The notes under the pieces are model-generated. The model worked only from the letters and a program-made list of their open reading frames with translations. It was not told the origin of the DNA and searched no databases. A program made the translations under genes and the position numbers. Shown one piece after another: positions 1 to 9,973 of a DNA stretch of 64,000 nucleotides. Source of the stretch: a bacterium. Its GTDB lineage: Bacteria; Zhuqueibacterota; Zhuqueibacteria; Residuimicrobiales; Krinioviventaceae. The stretch's first letter is position 1. Every line of letters begins with the position of its first letter. The DNA lies in the NCBI GenBank assembly GCA_963675755.2, contig CAXXMD010000003.1, forward strand, positions 2,976,001-3,040,000, read 5' to 3'.

Positions 1-51
1 CATTTATCAACTGGTTTGGTTAATTTCTTTCGGTGAAAAATATAGGGAAAT

Positions 52-840
52 ATGAAAAAAATTTTTATTTCTGATGCTCATTTTGGCGCTGAAAGTACGG
101 AAAAAGAAAAACATAAAGCAGAGTTGTTTTATTCTTTTTTAGAATATTTTGAAAGTCAGGATGCCGAACTTTATATCGTTGGTGATTTATTTGATTTCTG
201 GTTTGAGTACAAGTATGCAATACCACGCAGACATTTTAGAATAATTGCCCATTTGGCTGACTTGTGCCGTAGTGGTAGAAACATTCATTATCTTGCCGGC
301 AATCATGATTTCTGGCTGGGTTCGTTTATGGAAAAAGAAGTGGGCTTGAAATTACATACTGATGATTATATTATTTCAGAACCGGAATGCAAGATCTATA
401 TTTGTCATGGTGATGGTTTGCTAAAAAATGATTACGGTTATCGATTTTTAAAAAGGGTGCTAAGGAACAAGCTGAATATTTGGCTATATCGATTAATGCA
501 TCCCGATTTTGGAATTCCCTTTGCGCTGTTTTTTTCTAATCTGAGCCGAGAACATTCCAAGGATGATGAGAATTACACGGATATCGATTACAGGCAATAT
601 GCTTTTAATAAAATAGACGAAGGCTATGATTTTGTAGTTTTGGGGCATACCCACTGGCCGGCTATGGATAAATATAAAAACGGCTGGTATTTAAATGCCG
701 GGAATTGGATGGAAAAATTCACTTTTGCTGAAATTGACAACTGTACACCCCGCCTGTTCAAATGGGATGGACAGCAAGCTGTTGACGCGGAAATAGAATT
801 TCCTCCCGGATACGGAAAATATTTTGCAGGTAAAGAGTGA
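52..840 (+). CDS. lpxH: UDP-2,3-diacylglucosamine diphosphatase-like metallophosphoesterase (LpxH/YbbF family)
   Basis: Calcineurin-like motifs SDAHFG, VGDLFDFW, GNHDFW, CHGD, GHTH. Confidence 0.8.
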   Translation: MKKIFISDAHFGAESTEKEKHKAELFYSFLEYFESQDAELYIVGDLFDFWFEYKYAIPRRHFRIIAHLADLCRSGRNIHYLAGNHDFWLGSFMEKEVGLKLHTDDYIISEPECKIYICHGDGLLKNDYGYRFLKRVLRNKLNIWLYRLMHPDFGIPFALFFSNLSREHSKDDENYTDIDYRQYAFNKIDEGYDFVVLGHTHWPAMDKYKNGWYLNAGNWMEKFTFAEIDNCTPRLFKWDGQQAVDAEIEFPPGYGKYFAGKE

Positions 841-1643
841 TCAATTATCGTAAAAGCTGGACAGATTATTTTACGTTATTCGTGGCAATTGTAATCTCGT
901 TGATTCTTATTGCCCGCAATGGTGACGCTTCCCGGAATTCTGCAATTCATACAATAACCCTGGAAATCACATCTACCCTTGCAACCCCTTTTGCATTTTG
1001 GCATGACATTCTGGGTGTACGTAAAGAAAATCAACGTTTAAAGCAAAGAAATATTCAATTGCAGTTGGAGAATTCACGGCTTTATCAAGATCGTTTGGAA
1101 AAAAACAGATTGATGAAATTGTTGGATCTTAGAGAGAACTTTGGTTTTAAAAGTATTCCCGCACGTGTTGTTGGTCTTGATGGGATGATGGGTGTGCACT
1201 CTTTTATTCTTGATAAAGGCAAAAAAGACGGTGTTAAAATAAACATGCCCGTTATAGCTACTCAGGGCCTTGCCGGCAAAGTAATACAATTATCTGAACA
1301 TAATTCTGTTGTGCAGGCTGTTACAGATAAGAATTTTCGTGTAGCTGCAAGGTTACAGGATGAGCGTTTTTCAGGTATCTTGAAAGGTACAGGTGGGGAT
1401 AAGGCCGAGTTGTGGGGAATACCCTTGTCCGCTAGTGTGAATGTTGGTGATAAACTCATCACGCTTGGTATGGATTCAATTTATCCACCTTATTTACAAC
1501 TTGGTAAAGTTTTACAAGTTAAAGATGGACCCGAAGGTCTTTTTTATGTCATCAAGGTTGAACCGGCTGAAATATATTCCAGAATTGAGCAGGTTCTGAT
1601 TATAGCCCAAACGGACAGTACAAATGAAAACAGCAATCTTTAG
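837..1643 (+). CDS. mreC: Rod shape-determining protein MreC
   Basis: N-terminal TM, coiled coil (ENQRLK..ENSRL), LDKGKKDGVKINMPVI..GLAGKV, GDKLITLG..SIYP; GTG start overlapping the upstream stop; precedes mreD-pbp2-rodA. Confidence 0.93.
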   Translation: MINYRKSWTDYFTLFVAIVISLILIARNGDASRNSAIHTITLEITSTLATPFAFWHDILGVRKENQRLKQRNIQLQLENSRLYQDRLEKNRLMKLLDLRENFGFKSIPARVVGLDGMMGVHSFILDKGKKDGVKINMPVIATQGLAGKVIQLSEHNSVVQAVTDKNFRVAARLQDERFSGILKGTGGDKAELWGIPLSASVNVGDKLITLGMDSIYPPYLQLGKVLQVKDGPEGLFYVIKVEPAEIYSRIEQVLIIAQTDSTNENSNL

Positions 1644-2124
1644 TATACTTTTATTTATATCGATATTGATTCAGATATCTGTCAAACCTATATTGACTTA
1701 TTGGGGGGTGGCCCCGGATTTGACTGTTCTGGCACTTTGTTTTGCAGCGTTTGCTTTGCCAAGAAATTCGGTTACTGTTATGGGATTTGCAACGGGATTT
1801 ATTCGTGACAGCCTTGGGTTTAGTATGTTGGGAGTAGGTTCGCTACTTTTTACTGTTATTGCATTTGCTGCGGCGTCTTTGCTTCGAAAACGATCTTTTC
1901 AGTCTTTATTTGAAGTTACCTTGTATTTTTCAATTATTATCTTGAGCTATTTTTTCTTGTACCATGTATTTATAAACTTGTTTGCTGATGGTTTTGGTTT
2001 AATGATTATTACACGGGTATTGCCCTCTACACTTTTATCTATATTAATATTGGTAATACTTTTTATTCTTATTCCCAACAAGTTCTGGTACCGTATCAAC
2101 CTTTATGGTCAAACGAGATATTGA
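1624..2124 (+). CDS. mreD: Rod shape-determining protein MreD
   Basis: 166 aa polytopic protein, GVAPDL and GFATGFIRD motifs, located between mreC and pbp2. Confidence 0.88.
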   Translation: MKTAIFSILLFISILIQISVKPILTYWGVAPDLTVLALCFAAFALPRNSVTVMGFATGFIRDSLGFSMLGVGSLLFTVIAFAAASLLRKRSFQSLFEVTLYFSIIILSYFFLYHVFINLFADGFGLMIITRVLPSTLLSILILVILFILIPNKFWYRINLYGQTRY

Positions 2125-3901
2125 TATGCTGGATTTTGAAGACAAGAAAATAATTTTTTCTTTAGCCATTTATTTTTTGTTTCTGATTTTATTTTTTCAA
2201 CTGTTTAGGCTGCAGGTGTATGACCGTAAAAAATATCAGCAGCATTCTTTTAAAAATAGAATCAAGCAAGTAAGGTTAATGCCCTCACGGGGTGTCATTT
2301 ATGATAGAAATGGTGAAAAAATTGTAGAGAACCAACCGGTGTATAATGTATATGTTGTTCCGTTCGAATGTAAAAATGACACTGCCCTAACATTGTTGTC
2401 TCGCTTGCTGGGTGACTCGACGAACATTATCCAGGATCGTATAAAACAATCTGGACGGCTTTTTAGTGCAGTCAAAGTATGGGATGATATCTCTTTTGCG
2501 CAGCTGGTAGCCATTGAAGAACGCAAGTTTGAATTACCCGGTACAAGTGTTCAGGTTGATACGCGAAGGCGATACACCTCAAGAGCTGATCTTGCTCATG
2601 TATTAGGCTATTTATCTGAGGCATCTGAGACAGATATAGAACAGGATTTACAAAAGCAAACAAGATTGGGAGATTGGGTAGGTAAAAAGGGTGTTGAAAA
2701 AAAATATCAAAAAGAACTATTGGGAATGGTGGGCGTTAACTTTATTGAAGTGAATGCCCTTGGAAGAGAAATTAATGATAAAGACTTTGCGGGAGAAATG
2801 GCCCCCAAGCGGGGTAAAGATCTTTACTTGACTGTTGACCTGGATTTGCAGGTAATGGCCGAATCCTTGTTTGTTGACAAGCAGGGTGGGGTAGTAATGC
2901 TGGATACCCGCAATGGAGATGCTTTAGTTTTGTGCAGCAAGCCAGACTATGATCCCCGCGTTTTTTCAAAACGTATATCAACAACAGATTGGAGAACTTT
3001 GGTAAATAACCCTGCAAAACCCATGTTTGACAGGGTGGTACAGGGTGAATTCCCTCCGGGCTCAACGTACAAACTGGTTGTTCTTGCCGCTGCTTTGGAA
3101 ACCGGTATTGCTGTTCCTGATGACAAGTACAATTGTACAGGCTTGTATCGCTTTGGCAGAGGAAGGTTCCACTGCTGGAATCATAGCGGGCATGGCACGC
3201 TTGATATGTATGGAGCGATAAAGAATTCGTGTAATGTTTACATGTATAATGTTAGCCTGGATATGGATGTGAATGTTTGGGCCGAGTACTCGAAACGTTT
3301 TGGTTTTGGACAGGCAACAGGAATTGATCTGTATGCAGAAGGTAAAGGAAATATACCAGACAAAGCATATCTTGACAAGGCATACGGAGAAAATGGATGG
3401 ACAAAGGCCATGATGTTGAACCTGGGAATTGGGCAGGGAGACTTGTTGGTTACACCGTTGCAAATGGCACAATTTGCTATGATAATGGCAAATAAAGGAT
3501 ATTATTTTGCTCCACATATGATGCAGAAATTTGTTGATCCTATAGATGGTTCTTTTGTGTTATACAATGCACCTAAAAAAACAGTTGAAGGTATATCCGA
3601 ATCTACTTATAATGTGCTTCGCAAAGGTATGGATATGGTGGTAAATGATATTGGCGGCACCGGTAGAGCGAGCTATAATCGGGATTACAAAGTAGCAGGA
3701 AAAACAGGTACTGCTCAAAATCCACATGGAGAATCGCACGCGTGGTTTATCGGTTTTGCACCGTTTGAAAACCCACAGGTTGCGTTTTGTGTATTTGTTG
3801 AGAATGGCGGCAGCGGTGGTGGAAACGCCGCACCCATTGCCGGTAAATTGTTGAAAAAATATTTTGAAAAGCAAACAATGGTAGCAGACTTTGATTCTTA
3901 A
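2105..3901 (+). CDS. mrdA: Penicillin-binding protein 2 (class B transpeptidase)
   Basis: RGVIYDRNG dimerisation motif; catalytic SxxK (PGSTYK), SxN (SCNVY), KTG (GKTGTAQ). Confidence 0.95.
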   Translation: MVKRDIDMLDFEDKKIIFSLAIYFLFLILFFQLFRLQVYDRKKYQQHSFKNRIKQVRLMPSRGVIYDRNGEKIVENQPVYNVYVVPFECKNDTALTLLSRLLGDSTNIIQDRIKQSGRLFSAVKVWDDISFAQLVAIEERKFELPGTSVQVDTRRRYTSRADLAHVLGYLSEASETDIEQDLQKQTRLGDWVGKKGVEKKYQKELLGMVGVNFIEVNALGREINDKDFAGEMAPKRGKDLYLTVDLDLQVMAESLFVDKQGGVVMLDTRNGDALVLCSKPDYDPRVFSKRISTTDWRTLVNNPAKPMFDRVVQGEFPPGSTYKLVVLAAALETGIAVPDDKYNCTGLYRFGRGRFHCWNHSGHGTLDMYGAIKNSCNVYMYNVSLDMDVNVWAEYSKRFGFGQATGIDLYAEGKGNIPDKAYLDKAYGENGWTKAMMLNLGIGQGDLLVTPLQMAQFAMIMANKGYYFAPHMMQKFVDPIDGSFVLYNAPKKTVEGISESTYNVLRKGMDMVVNDIGGTGRASYNRDYKVAGKTGTAQNPHGESHAWFIGFAPFENPQVAFCVFVENGGSGGGNAAPIAGKLLKKYFEKQTMVADFDS

Positions 3902-5105
3902 TAATCGCAAATATGAGTGGAGCATTTTAATTGCTGTTTTATTGCTTTGCACTTATGGCTTGGTTGCTATTTACAGTGCAACACATGGAGAATTGAGTTC
4001 TCAATCTGAACATCTTTTTTTTATAAAGCAGATGGTTTGGATTGGAATAGGGCTTTTTATGTTTTTTGTTGTTTCCATGCTGCCGAGTAACTGGTTGTCC
4101 ATGTCTGCACCATTTTTATATGGCGTATTATTATTAATCCTCATGGGATTGCTGGTTTTGGGGCGAGGTGGTGGTCCAAACCGTTGGATTGGGTTTGGTG
4201 GTTTGCAGTTGCAGCCGTCAGAGTTTATGAAACCAGTGCTGGTAATGACTCTTGCTGCATATTTTAGCTCTGGTTTTTCACTCAATCGCAAAATGGATAT
4301 TTTGCTTGTCTTTATAATGATACTGGTTCCCTTTGCATTAGTATTGAAACAGCCAGATCTGGGAACTGCATTGACTTTTTTAGTAATAATTGTTCCCATG
4401 TTGTATTGGCGGGGAGTAAGTTTATTTGTTTTGTTTGTTATATGCGCTCCAATTGTTACATTTATAGCTTCGTTTCAGTTCTGGTCTTTTTTTGTAACAA
4501 TTTTAGTGATTTGTACCATTCTGATTGTTTCAAGAAGAGGTGCGTTAACTTTTTGGACTGTGTTCTTTTTTAATATTATAGTAGGTATTGCTGCCCCTTC
4601 TTTTTGGAACCATTTGCACGAATATCAGCAAAAACGTGTTTTGAATTTTTTAGGTATTGTGTCTGACCCCCAGGGTTCAGGATATCAAATTATACAGTCC
4701 AAGGTGGCAATTGGTTCGGGAGGGTTTTGGGGTAAAGGATTTATGGAAGGCTCGCAAACCCAGTTGAGTTTTTTACCAGAGCAGCATACTGACTTTATCT
4801 TTTCAGTTATTGCGGAAGAGTGGGGTTTTGTTGGTTCAATGGTATTGATTGCTACATTTATATTTTTAATTTCAAGAGGTATACATATTGCCTCAACTGC
4901 AAAAAGTGATTTTGAAGGGCTGTTAACAATTGGCCTGGTTTCCATGTTTATGTTTCAAATACTAGTAAATATGGGAATGACAATGGGTATCATGCCGGTT
5001 ACAGGTATGACATTACCTTTTATTAGTTACGGCGGATCTTCTATGATGTCATCGATGGTCATGGCCGGTTTGTTTATGAATACTGCACTAAATCGTTTCA
5101 AGTAA
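3891..5105 (+). CDS. rodA: Rod shape-determining protein RodA (SEDS family)
   Basis: RWI..LQPSEFMK, QPDLGTA, GYQIIQSKVAIGSGG, LPEQHTDFIFS, LPFISYGGSS; follows pbp2. Confidence 0.95.
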   Translation: MILNNRKYEWSILIAVLLLCTYGLVAIYSATHGELSSQSEHLFFIKQMVWIGIGLFMFFVVSMLPSNWLSMSAPFLYGVLLLILMGLLVLGRGGGPNRWIGFGGLQLQPSEFMKPVLVMTLAAYFSSGFSLNRKMDILLVFIMILVPFALVLKQPDLGTALTFLVIIVPMLYWRGVSLFVLFVICAPIVTFIASFQFWSFFVTILVICTILIVSRRGALTFWTVFFFNIIVGIAAPSFWNHLHEYQQKRVLNFLGIVSDPQGSGYQIIQSKVAIGSGGFWGKGFMEGSQTQLSFLPEQHTDFIFSVIAEEWGFVGSMVLIATFIFLISRGIHIASTAKSDFEGLLTIGLVSMFMFQILVNMGMTMGIMPVTGMTLPFISYGGSSMMSSMVMAGLFMNTALNRFK

Positions 5106-5123
5106 GCGAAGAGGAGGTTAAAA

Positions 5124-5945
5124 TTGCATCCGACATTGTTTCGACTTGGCGCTTTTGAAGTTCGTTCTTATGGCGTTATGTTAGCGTTGTCTTTTTTGTT
5201 TGGTATTATGATAGCGGTAAAAAGAGCAAAAAAGCGTGGAGTTGATCCCAATCATATTATGGATTTATCAGTTATCCTGATTATCAGTGCAATAGTGGGG
5301 TCAAGATTGTTGTATGTTGCATATCATCCGGAAGAGTTCTCCGGACATTGGTTGGATGCTATAAGTCCTTTTCAAAGCGATGGTACAATTGGTCTTGGTG
5401 GTTTGACTGTTTTGGGTGGAGTGGTATTGTGTTTTATTTCTGCTTTTATTTTTCTAAGAGTTAAAAAGCTCTCCTTTCTTGTATTTGCAGATATTATGAT
5501 TCCCATGGTGGGTTTGGGTATTTTTCTGACCCGTATTGGTTGTTTCCTTAACGGATGTTGTTATGGTTTGCCTTGTGGTGAACATGCCCATTTATGTGTA
5601 ACTTTTCCGTACAACAGTGCTGCCGGACATATGTTTCCGGATACGCCCCTGGTTCCTGCACAGCTTTATTCCTCACTCTATGGATTAATGATTCTGGGTG
5701 TTTTGTTATTCATTGAGAGGTGGCAGAAATTTGATGGATTTTTGTTTTACGCATTCTTAATTCTTTATGGCTTGTCCCGCTTTACTGTAGACTTTTTTAG
5801 ATATTATGAAAACAGTATGGTAATCATGCAGTTGGCAGGTAAAGATATTAGCCTGAATCAGGGAATTAGTTTTATGTTTATTGTAATTGGAACTTTAATG
5901 CTGATTTTAGGTTATTTACGTAATAAAAAGAAAGATGTTGTATAG
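5124..5945 (+). CDS. lgt: Prolipoprotein diacylglyceryl transferase
   Basis: SYGVM, GSRLLYV, RIGCFLNGCCYG, PAQLY, RFTVDFFR; TTG start with GAGGAGG RBS. Confidence 0.92.
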   Translation: MHPTLFRLGAFEVRSYGVMLALSFLFGIMIAVKRAKKRGVDPNHIMDLSVILIISAIVGSRLLYVAYHPEEFSGHWLDAISPFQSDGTIGLGGLTVLGGVVLCFISAFIFLRVKKLSFLVFADIMIPMVGLGIFLTRIGCFLNGCCYGLPCGEHAHLCVTFPYNSAAGHMFPDTPLVPAQLYSSLYGLMILGVLLFIERWQKFDGFLFYAFLILYGLSRFTVDFFRYYENSMVIMQLAGKDISLNQGISFMFIVIGTLMLILGYLRNKKKDVV

Positions 5946-5969
5946 ATTTCGTTAAAAATTAAAATTCTC

Positions 5970-5998
5970 TTGACTTTTTTTGTTAAGTTCAATAAATT
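5970..5998 (+). promoter_or_regulatory. Putative sigma70-type promoter
   Basis: TTGACT-N17-TAAATT, 21 nt upstream of the 6020 ATG. Confidence 0.5.
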
Positions 5999-6019
5999 TA
6001 ACTAAATAACTTAAAGCGA

Positions 6020-7195
6020 ATGGTGAAATATCAATTGATAAAACGACTGTGGTTTTTGCTCCTTGTGTATATCATTTCAATTGTCCCTTGTGGTGCATTT
6101 GCGCTTGATGACAAAATTGGTATAGGCGTTAAAGCAGGAATGGGTCGCCTTGAGGGGGATTGGAGCAGCCCCGGACTCTCATTCAACGGTTCTGTTTTTG
6201 CAAGTTACAGCCCGTTTCCATACTTTAGTATAAGTGGTGAGCTGGGAACCGGTTTTCTCAGAACCTCGGAAATATCAGATATCAACAGGATTGATGCCGG
6301 CTTTGATAATGTAGATGATTACAGTACAACATTTGTACCCTATGAATTGCAGGTACAGGTCAATCCTTTTCCATATTTTAAAATCAAGCCCTTTGCATTG
6401 CTGGGGGTAGGTGGCTTGTGGTTTAATTCAACCTACCAGGATGCTACAATTAACCTGGATGGTGTTGAACAGAATTTAATGGATTCATATATCAAGTTTG
6501 GTGGAGGTATTGAATATCCAATTGAACCACGTATTTCAGTAATGCTTGGTGCGGATTTTAGACAAACCATGACAGATCGCCTTGAACAATGGAAAAGTGG
6601 TGATGAAAACGACGGCATTATTTCAGTTTGGGCCGGAGTTACATATTATTTTCCACTAAAGAATAAAGATGATCGTGATTTTGACAATATTCCATTGTCT
6701 TTGGATGTTGATCCGATCTATGCTGAAGATTTTAATGGATATCAGGACCACGATGGACGACCAGAAAACGGCGTTCCTGAAAATTTTGATTATAAAAAAC
6801 CCCTGGTTAAACATAACCCTGTGTTTAGAGCGCTTGAGGGTAGTAATCTTGAAATTAAAGCAGAAATTTATTCTACCACGCCTTTGAAAAGTATTTCAAT
6901 TATGCACCGGGCAATGGGTAGTAAAAAATGGCAAGTTGTTGAGATGAGTCCGGAACCGAATAATGTATATGTGGGTGAAATAGATAAATCATATATAACC
7001 GGTGATGGGCTTGAATATTTTGTTGTTGCAGTAACACGAGATTTACAAGGTATGGGATATTCAGGATTACCAAAACGCCCTATCCAGGTCAAGGTAGTAA
7101 AAAATGCTCCAAAATGGCGACTAGCCACCGGGGCGCTTTCAGCTTTAAGCTGGGCTAGCGCTTTGTATATTATTCTAAGAAAACAAACCAATTAG
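6020..7195 (+). CDS. Outer-membrane beta-barrel protein with Asp-rich (TSP3-like) linker, Ig-like domain and C-terminal hydrophobic helix
   Basis: Signal peptide; alternating beta-strands (IGIGVKAG, KPFALLGVGG, FGGGIEY, WAGVTYYF); DRDFDNIP..EDFNGYQDHDGRPE; PLVKHNP..LEYFVVA domain; terminal hydrophobic stretch followed by RKQ. Confidence 0.65.
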   Translation: MVKYQLIKRLWFLLLVYIISIVPCGAFALDDKIGIGVKAGMGRLEGDWSSPGLSFNGSVFASYSPFPYFSISGELGTGFLRTSEISDINRIDAGFDNVDDYSTTFVPYELQVQVNPFPYFKIKPFALLGVGGLWFNSTYQDATINLDGVEQNLMDSYIKFGGGIEYPIEPRISVMLGADFRQTMTDRLEQWKSGDENDGIISVWAGVTYYFPLKNKDDRDFDNIPLSLDVDPIYAEDFNGYQDHDGRPENGVPENFDYKKPLVKHNPVFRALEGSNLEIKAEIYSTTPLKSISIMHRAMGSKKWQVVEMSPEPNNVYVGEIDKSYITGDGLEYFVVAVTRDLQGMGYSGLPKRPIQVKVVKNAPKWRLATGALSALSWASALYIILRKQTN

Positions 7196-7204
7196 GAGAG
7201 CGAA

Positions 7205-8035
7205 ATGAAGGCAAAGCAATATATTATTTTACTCGTGATGATGCTGAGTTTTTTCAGTGTACTGTTTCTGAGTTCGTGTGCCGGTACTCGCCAGGAAGAC
7301 AGCAGCTTTGAGGATGAGTTGTTTGGTGAAGATGAATTGGAAGGTATTGACGATATGGTCCTGAGCGATTTAGACGCTTCTTCTGATGAAGATGAGGTTT
7401 TGCGTTTATTGGGAATATCTGAAGACAATAATGATAATTCCCAATCGTTTTCTCAGACGGAATACGCAGAAAGTACCAATGTTGCTACACGACCCAGCGG
7501 TAATCTTGAAGAACAAGTTAATTATCTGGAAGATGAGGCACAACGTAAAGATATCGAAATGTCAAACCTGAAAGCAGACATTGCTGAACGTGAACGTCGT
7601 ATCCAGGAACTGCAAAATCAACTGGCACAAAATGGTGGTACTTTGCCAAGTTCTGGTTCTGCAACCGGCAGTTTTAAAGGTCAATATGAACAAGCCTTGA
7701 ATAATTACCGTACAAGAAACTACCGTACTGCTATTCAGCAATTTGATGTCTTGTTGTCACAAAATGCAACCAATACTCTGGTTGACAATTGTCAGTATTG
7801 GAAGGGTGAATGTTATTACGCGCTTAGCGATTATAACCAGGCTATACTTGAATTCCAAAAAGTATTCATGTATGGAGAGTCCAACAAAATTGATGATGCA
7901 CAATTGAAACTGGGATTGTGTTATTTGAGATTGGGCGACAAGCAAAGATCAAGAACAGAATTTGAGAAACTAATCTCAAATTATCCTGACAGTGAATTTG
8001 TATCACGGGCACAAACTTATATGTCTCGTTTATAA
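7205..8035 (+). CDS. CpoB/YbgF-like TPR lipoprotein
   Basis: Lipobox LSSC, acidic linker, coiled coil, C-terminal TPRs (YEQAL..QYWKGECYY..AILEFQKV..DAQLKLGLCY..YPDSE). Confidence 0.75.
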   Translation: MKAKQYIILLVMMLSFFSVLFLSSCAGTRQEDSSFEDELFGEDELEGIDDMVLSDLDASSDEDEVLRLLGISEDNNDNSQSFSQTEYAESTNVATRPSGNLEEQVNYLEDEAQRKDIEMSNLKADIAERERRIQELQNQLAQNGGTLPSSGSATGSFKGQYEQALNNYRTRNYRTAIQQFDVLLSQNATNTLVDNCQYWKGECYYALSDYNQAILEFQKVFMYGESNKIDDAQLKLGLCYLRLGDKQRSRTEFEKLISNYPDSEFVSRAQTYMSRL

Positions 8036-8074
8036 AAAAAAATAATATATTTTTTATCATTAATCTGGAATTAC

Positions 8075-8102
8075 AAAAGGGTAACTTTGGTTACCCTTTT
8101 TT
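8075..8102 (+). terminator. Rho-independent terminator (possibly bidirectional)
   Basis: AAAAGGGTAAC-TTTG-GTTACCCTTTT plus T run. Confidence 0.85.
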
Positions 8103-8199
8103 ATTGATTTTGTTACAAATTTTTTTAAATTAGTAGATGCGGAAGTGTTCCGTTTCTTGTTTTTGAATTTCCATTCATTGATAAACAATAGGTAATCTC

Positions 8200-9687
8200 A
8201 TGAAAAAACGGCTAAGAATATTATACTTGTCTTCTGAAGTAGCACCATTTGCTAAAACCGGTGGGCTTGCAGATGTTTCGAGCGCGTTACCCAAGGCACT
8301 ATTAGAAATGGGGCATGATATCCGTGTAATGATGCCAAAATACGGAACTATTAGTGATCGCCGTTATGTGTTAAGAGAAGTCATTCGATTGAAACAAATC
8401 AAAATTCAGATGGGAGAGACTGAACATATAGCTAGTGCAAAATCTGCATTTATACCTGATTCTAAAGTTCAGGTATACTTTATCGAGTATCCTCCATGCT
8501 ATAATCGTGATGATTTGTATGTGGACCCCAAAACAAATAAAGATTACCCCGACAATGCCGAACGTTTTGCATTATTTTGCAAATCTGTGCTAGAGACTAT
8601 AAAGCTGCTGCATTGGGAACCTCAAATTATACATTGTAATGACTGGCAAACTGCATTGATTCCCTGGTATTTAAAAAACGAATATAGCTCTGAATCTTTT
8701 GCGTCATCATGCCGTACTGTTTTGTCTATTCATAATATGGCGTATCAGGGCGGTTTTTCAATGGATGCTCTTGAGAAAATGGGCGAGTCTAAAATTACTG
8801 ATAGTGCATTAGAAGATATTAAATTTTTTGATGGTATAAATTTCCTCAAAGCCGGTATATTAACAGCTGATCGTATTACCACAGTTAGTCCGACTTATGC
8901 AAATGAAGTATTGACAGATCCTGAAATTGGCGCAGGTATGCAGGAATTTTTGGAAAAACGAAAAGACAGCTTTGAAGGAATTTTGAATGGTGTAGATTAT
9001 TCCGAGTGGGATCCTGAAAAAGATGCTACTTTGGAGCACATGTATACCAAAGACGATCTTGACGGCAAGTTAGAAAATAAAAAATTGTTACTTGAAAAAT
9101 GTGAATTTAAAGGTGATCCTGAAAAGCCACTCATTGGCATTGTGTCTCGTATTGCTGAGCAAAAAGGATTTGACCTTATTATTGATGCGGTAAAAGATAT
9201 TGTTGCAGCAGATGCAAGAATGGTAATTCTGGGTACCGGCGATGAGAAATATCAAAAGCAACTTTCAGATATTGCTTCAAAATATAAAAAGAATGTAGCA
9301 TTATTTCTGACGTTTGATAATGATTTGGCGCATTTGATTGAAGCAGGAAGTGATATATTCCTCATGCCGTCACGTTATGAACCCAGTGGTTTGAACCAGA
9401 TGTATAGTCTGAAATATGGCACCATTCCCGTTGTAAGGAAAACGGGTGGTTTGGCAGATAGTATTTTGGATTATCAGAGTGATCCTGATAAAGGTAACGG
9501 ATTTGTTTTCGAGTCTTATGATTCAGGGGAAATGGTAAAAGCGATCAAGAGCGCCCTGGACGTGTATAAAGACCAAAAGAAATGGAAAGATTTGATGGTA
9601 CGTGCAATGAGTGCTGATTTCTCATGGCAGGTAGCAGCTGATAAATATATGAATTCGTATTCTCAGATAATTCAAACCAAAAAATAA
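8200..9687 (+). CDS. glgA: Glycogen synthase (GT5)
   Basis: SEVAPFAKTGGLADV (KxGG), HCNDWQT, IHNMAYQG, SRIAEQKG, MPSRYEPSGLNQMY, TGGLAD. Confidence 0.95.
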   Translation: MKKRLRILYLSSEVAPFAKTGGLADVSSALPKALLEMGHDIRVMMPKYGTISDRRYVLREVIRLKQIKIQMGETEHIASAKSAFIPDSKVQVYFIEYPPCYNRDDLYVDPKTNKDYPDNAERFALFCKSVLETIKLLHWEPQIIHCNDWQTALIPWYLKNEYSSESFASSCRTVLSIHNMAYQGGFSMDALEKMGESKITDSALEDIKFFDGINFLKAGILTADRITTVSPTYANEVLTDPEIGAGMQEFLEKRKDSFEGILNGVDYSEWDPEKDATLEHMYTKDDLDGKLENKKLLLEKCEFKGDPEKPLIGIVSRIAEQKGFDLIIDAVKDIVAADARMVILGTGDEKYQKQLSDIASKYKKNVALFLTFDNDLAHLIEAGSDIFLMPSRYEPSGLNQMYSLKYGTIPVVRKTGGLADSILDYQSDPDKGNGFVFESYDSGEMVKAIKSALDVYKDQKKWKDLMVRAMSADFSWQVAADKYMNSYSQIIQTKK

Positions 9688-9909
9688 TATAAATGAGCCG
9701 TTCCTATGACGATTTTTCGTCTGTCTGTTATTGTTACAACTTGGGACACCTTGTTTCGAGCTTTAACAAAGATTTCGATGTGGAGCGGCATTTTTATGCC
9801 TAAAGAATTTTTGACAATTTTTAGTTGTTCTAGTAGGACATAAGTTCATTATAAACAATGTGATTTTTGTGTAAAAACAATACAAACATATTGTAATATT
9901 GTACGTTAT

Positions 9910-9925
9910 TGGCACCAACTTTGCA
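9910..9925 (+). promoter_or_regulatory. Sigma54 (RpoN) -24/-12 promoter heading the polysaccharide locus
   Basis: TGGCAC-CAACT-TTGCA matches the TGGCAC-N5-TTGCW consensus exactly; 48 nt upstream of ATG 9974. Confidence 0.8.
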
Positions 9926-9973
9926 AAATTAAAGCAAGTTTGGAATGTTAAGAGAATAATTTAAAGGTTTTGC

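Noticed and set aside
2-55. Possible 3' end of an upstream gene (frame ending in an ATGA overlap with the 52 start)
   Set aside because: Only 17 codons visible; cannot be supported or identified
9697-9790. tRNA-like cloverleaf with TTCGAT
   Set aside because: No proper T-stem, D-loop GG, anticodon arm or CCA; kept only as a generic structure candidate
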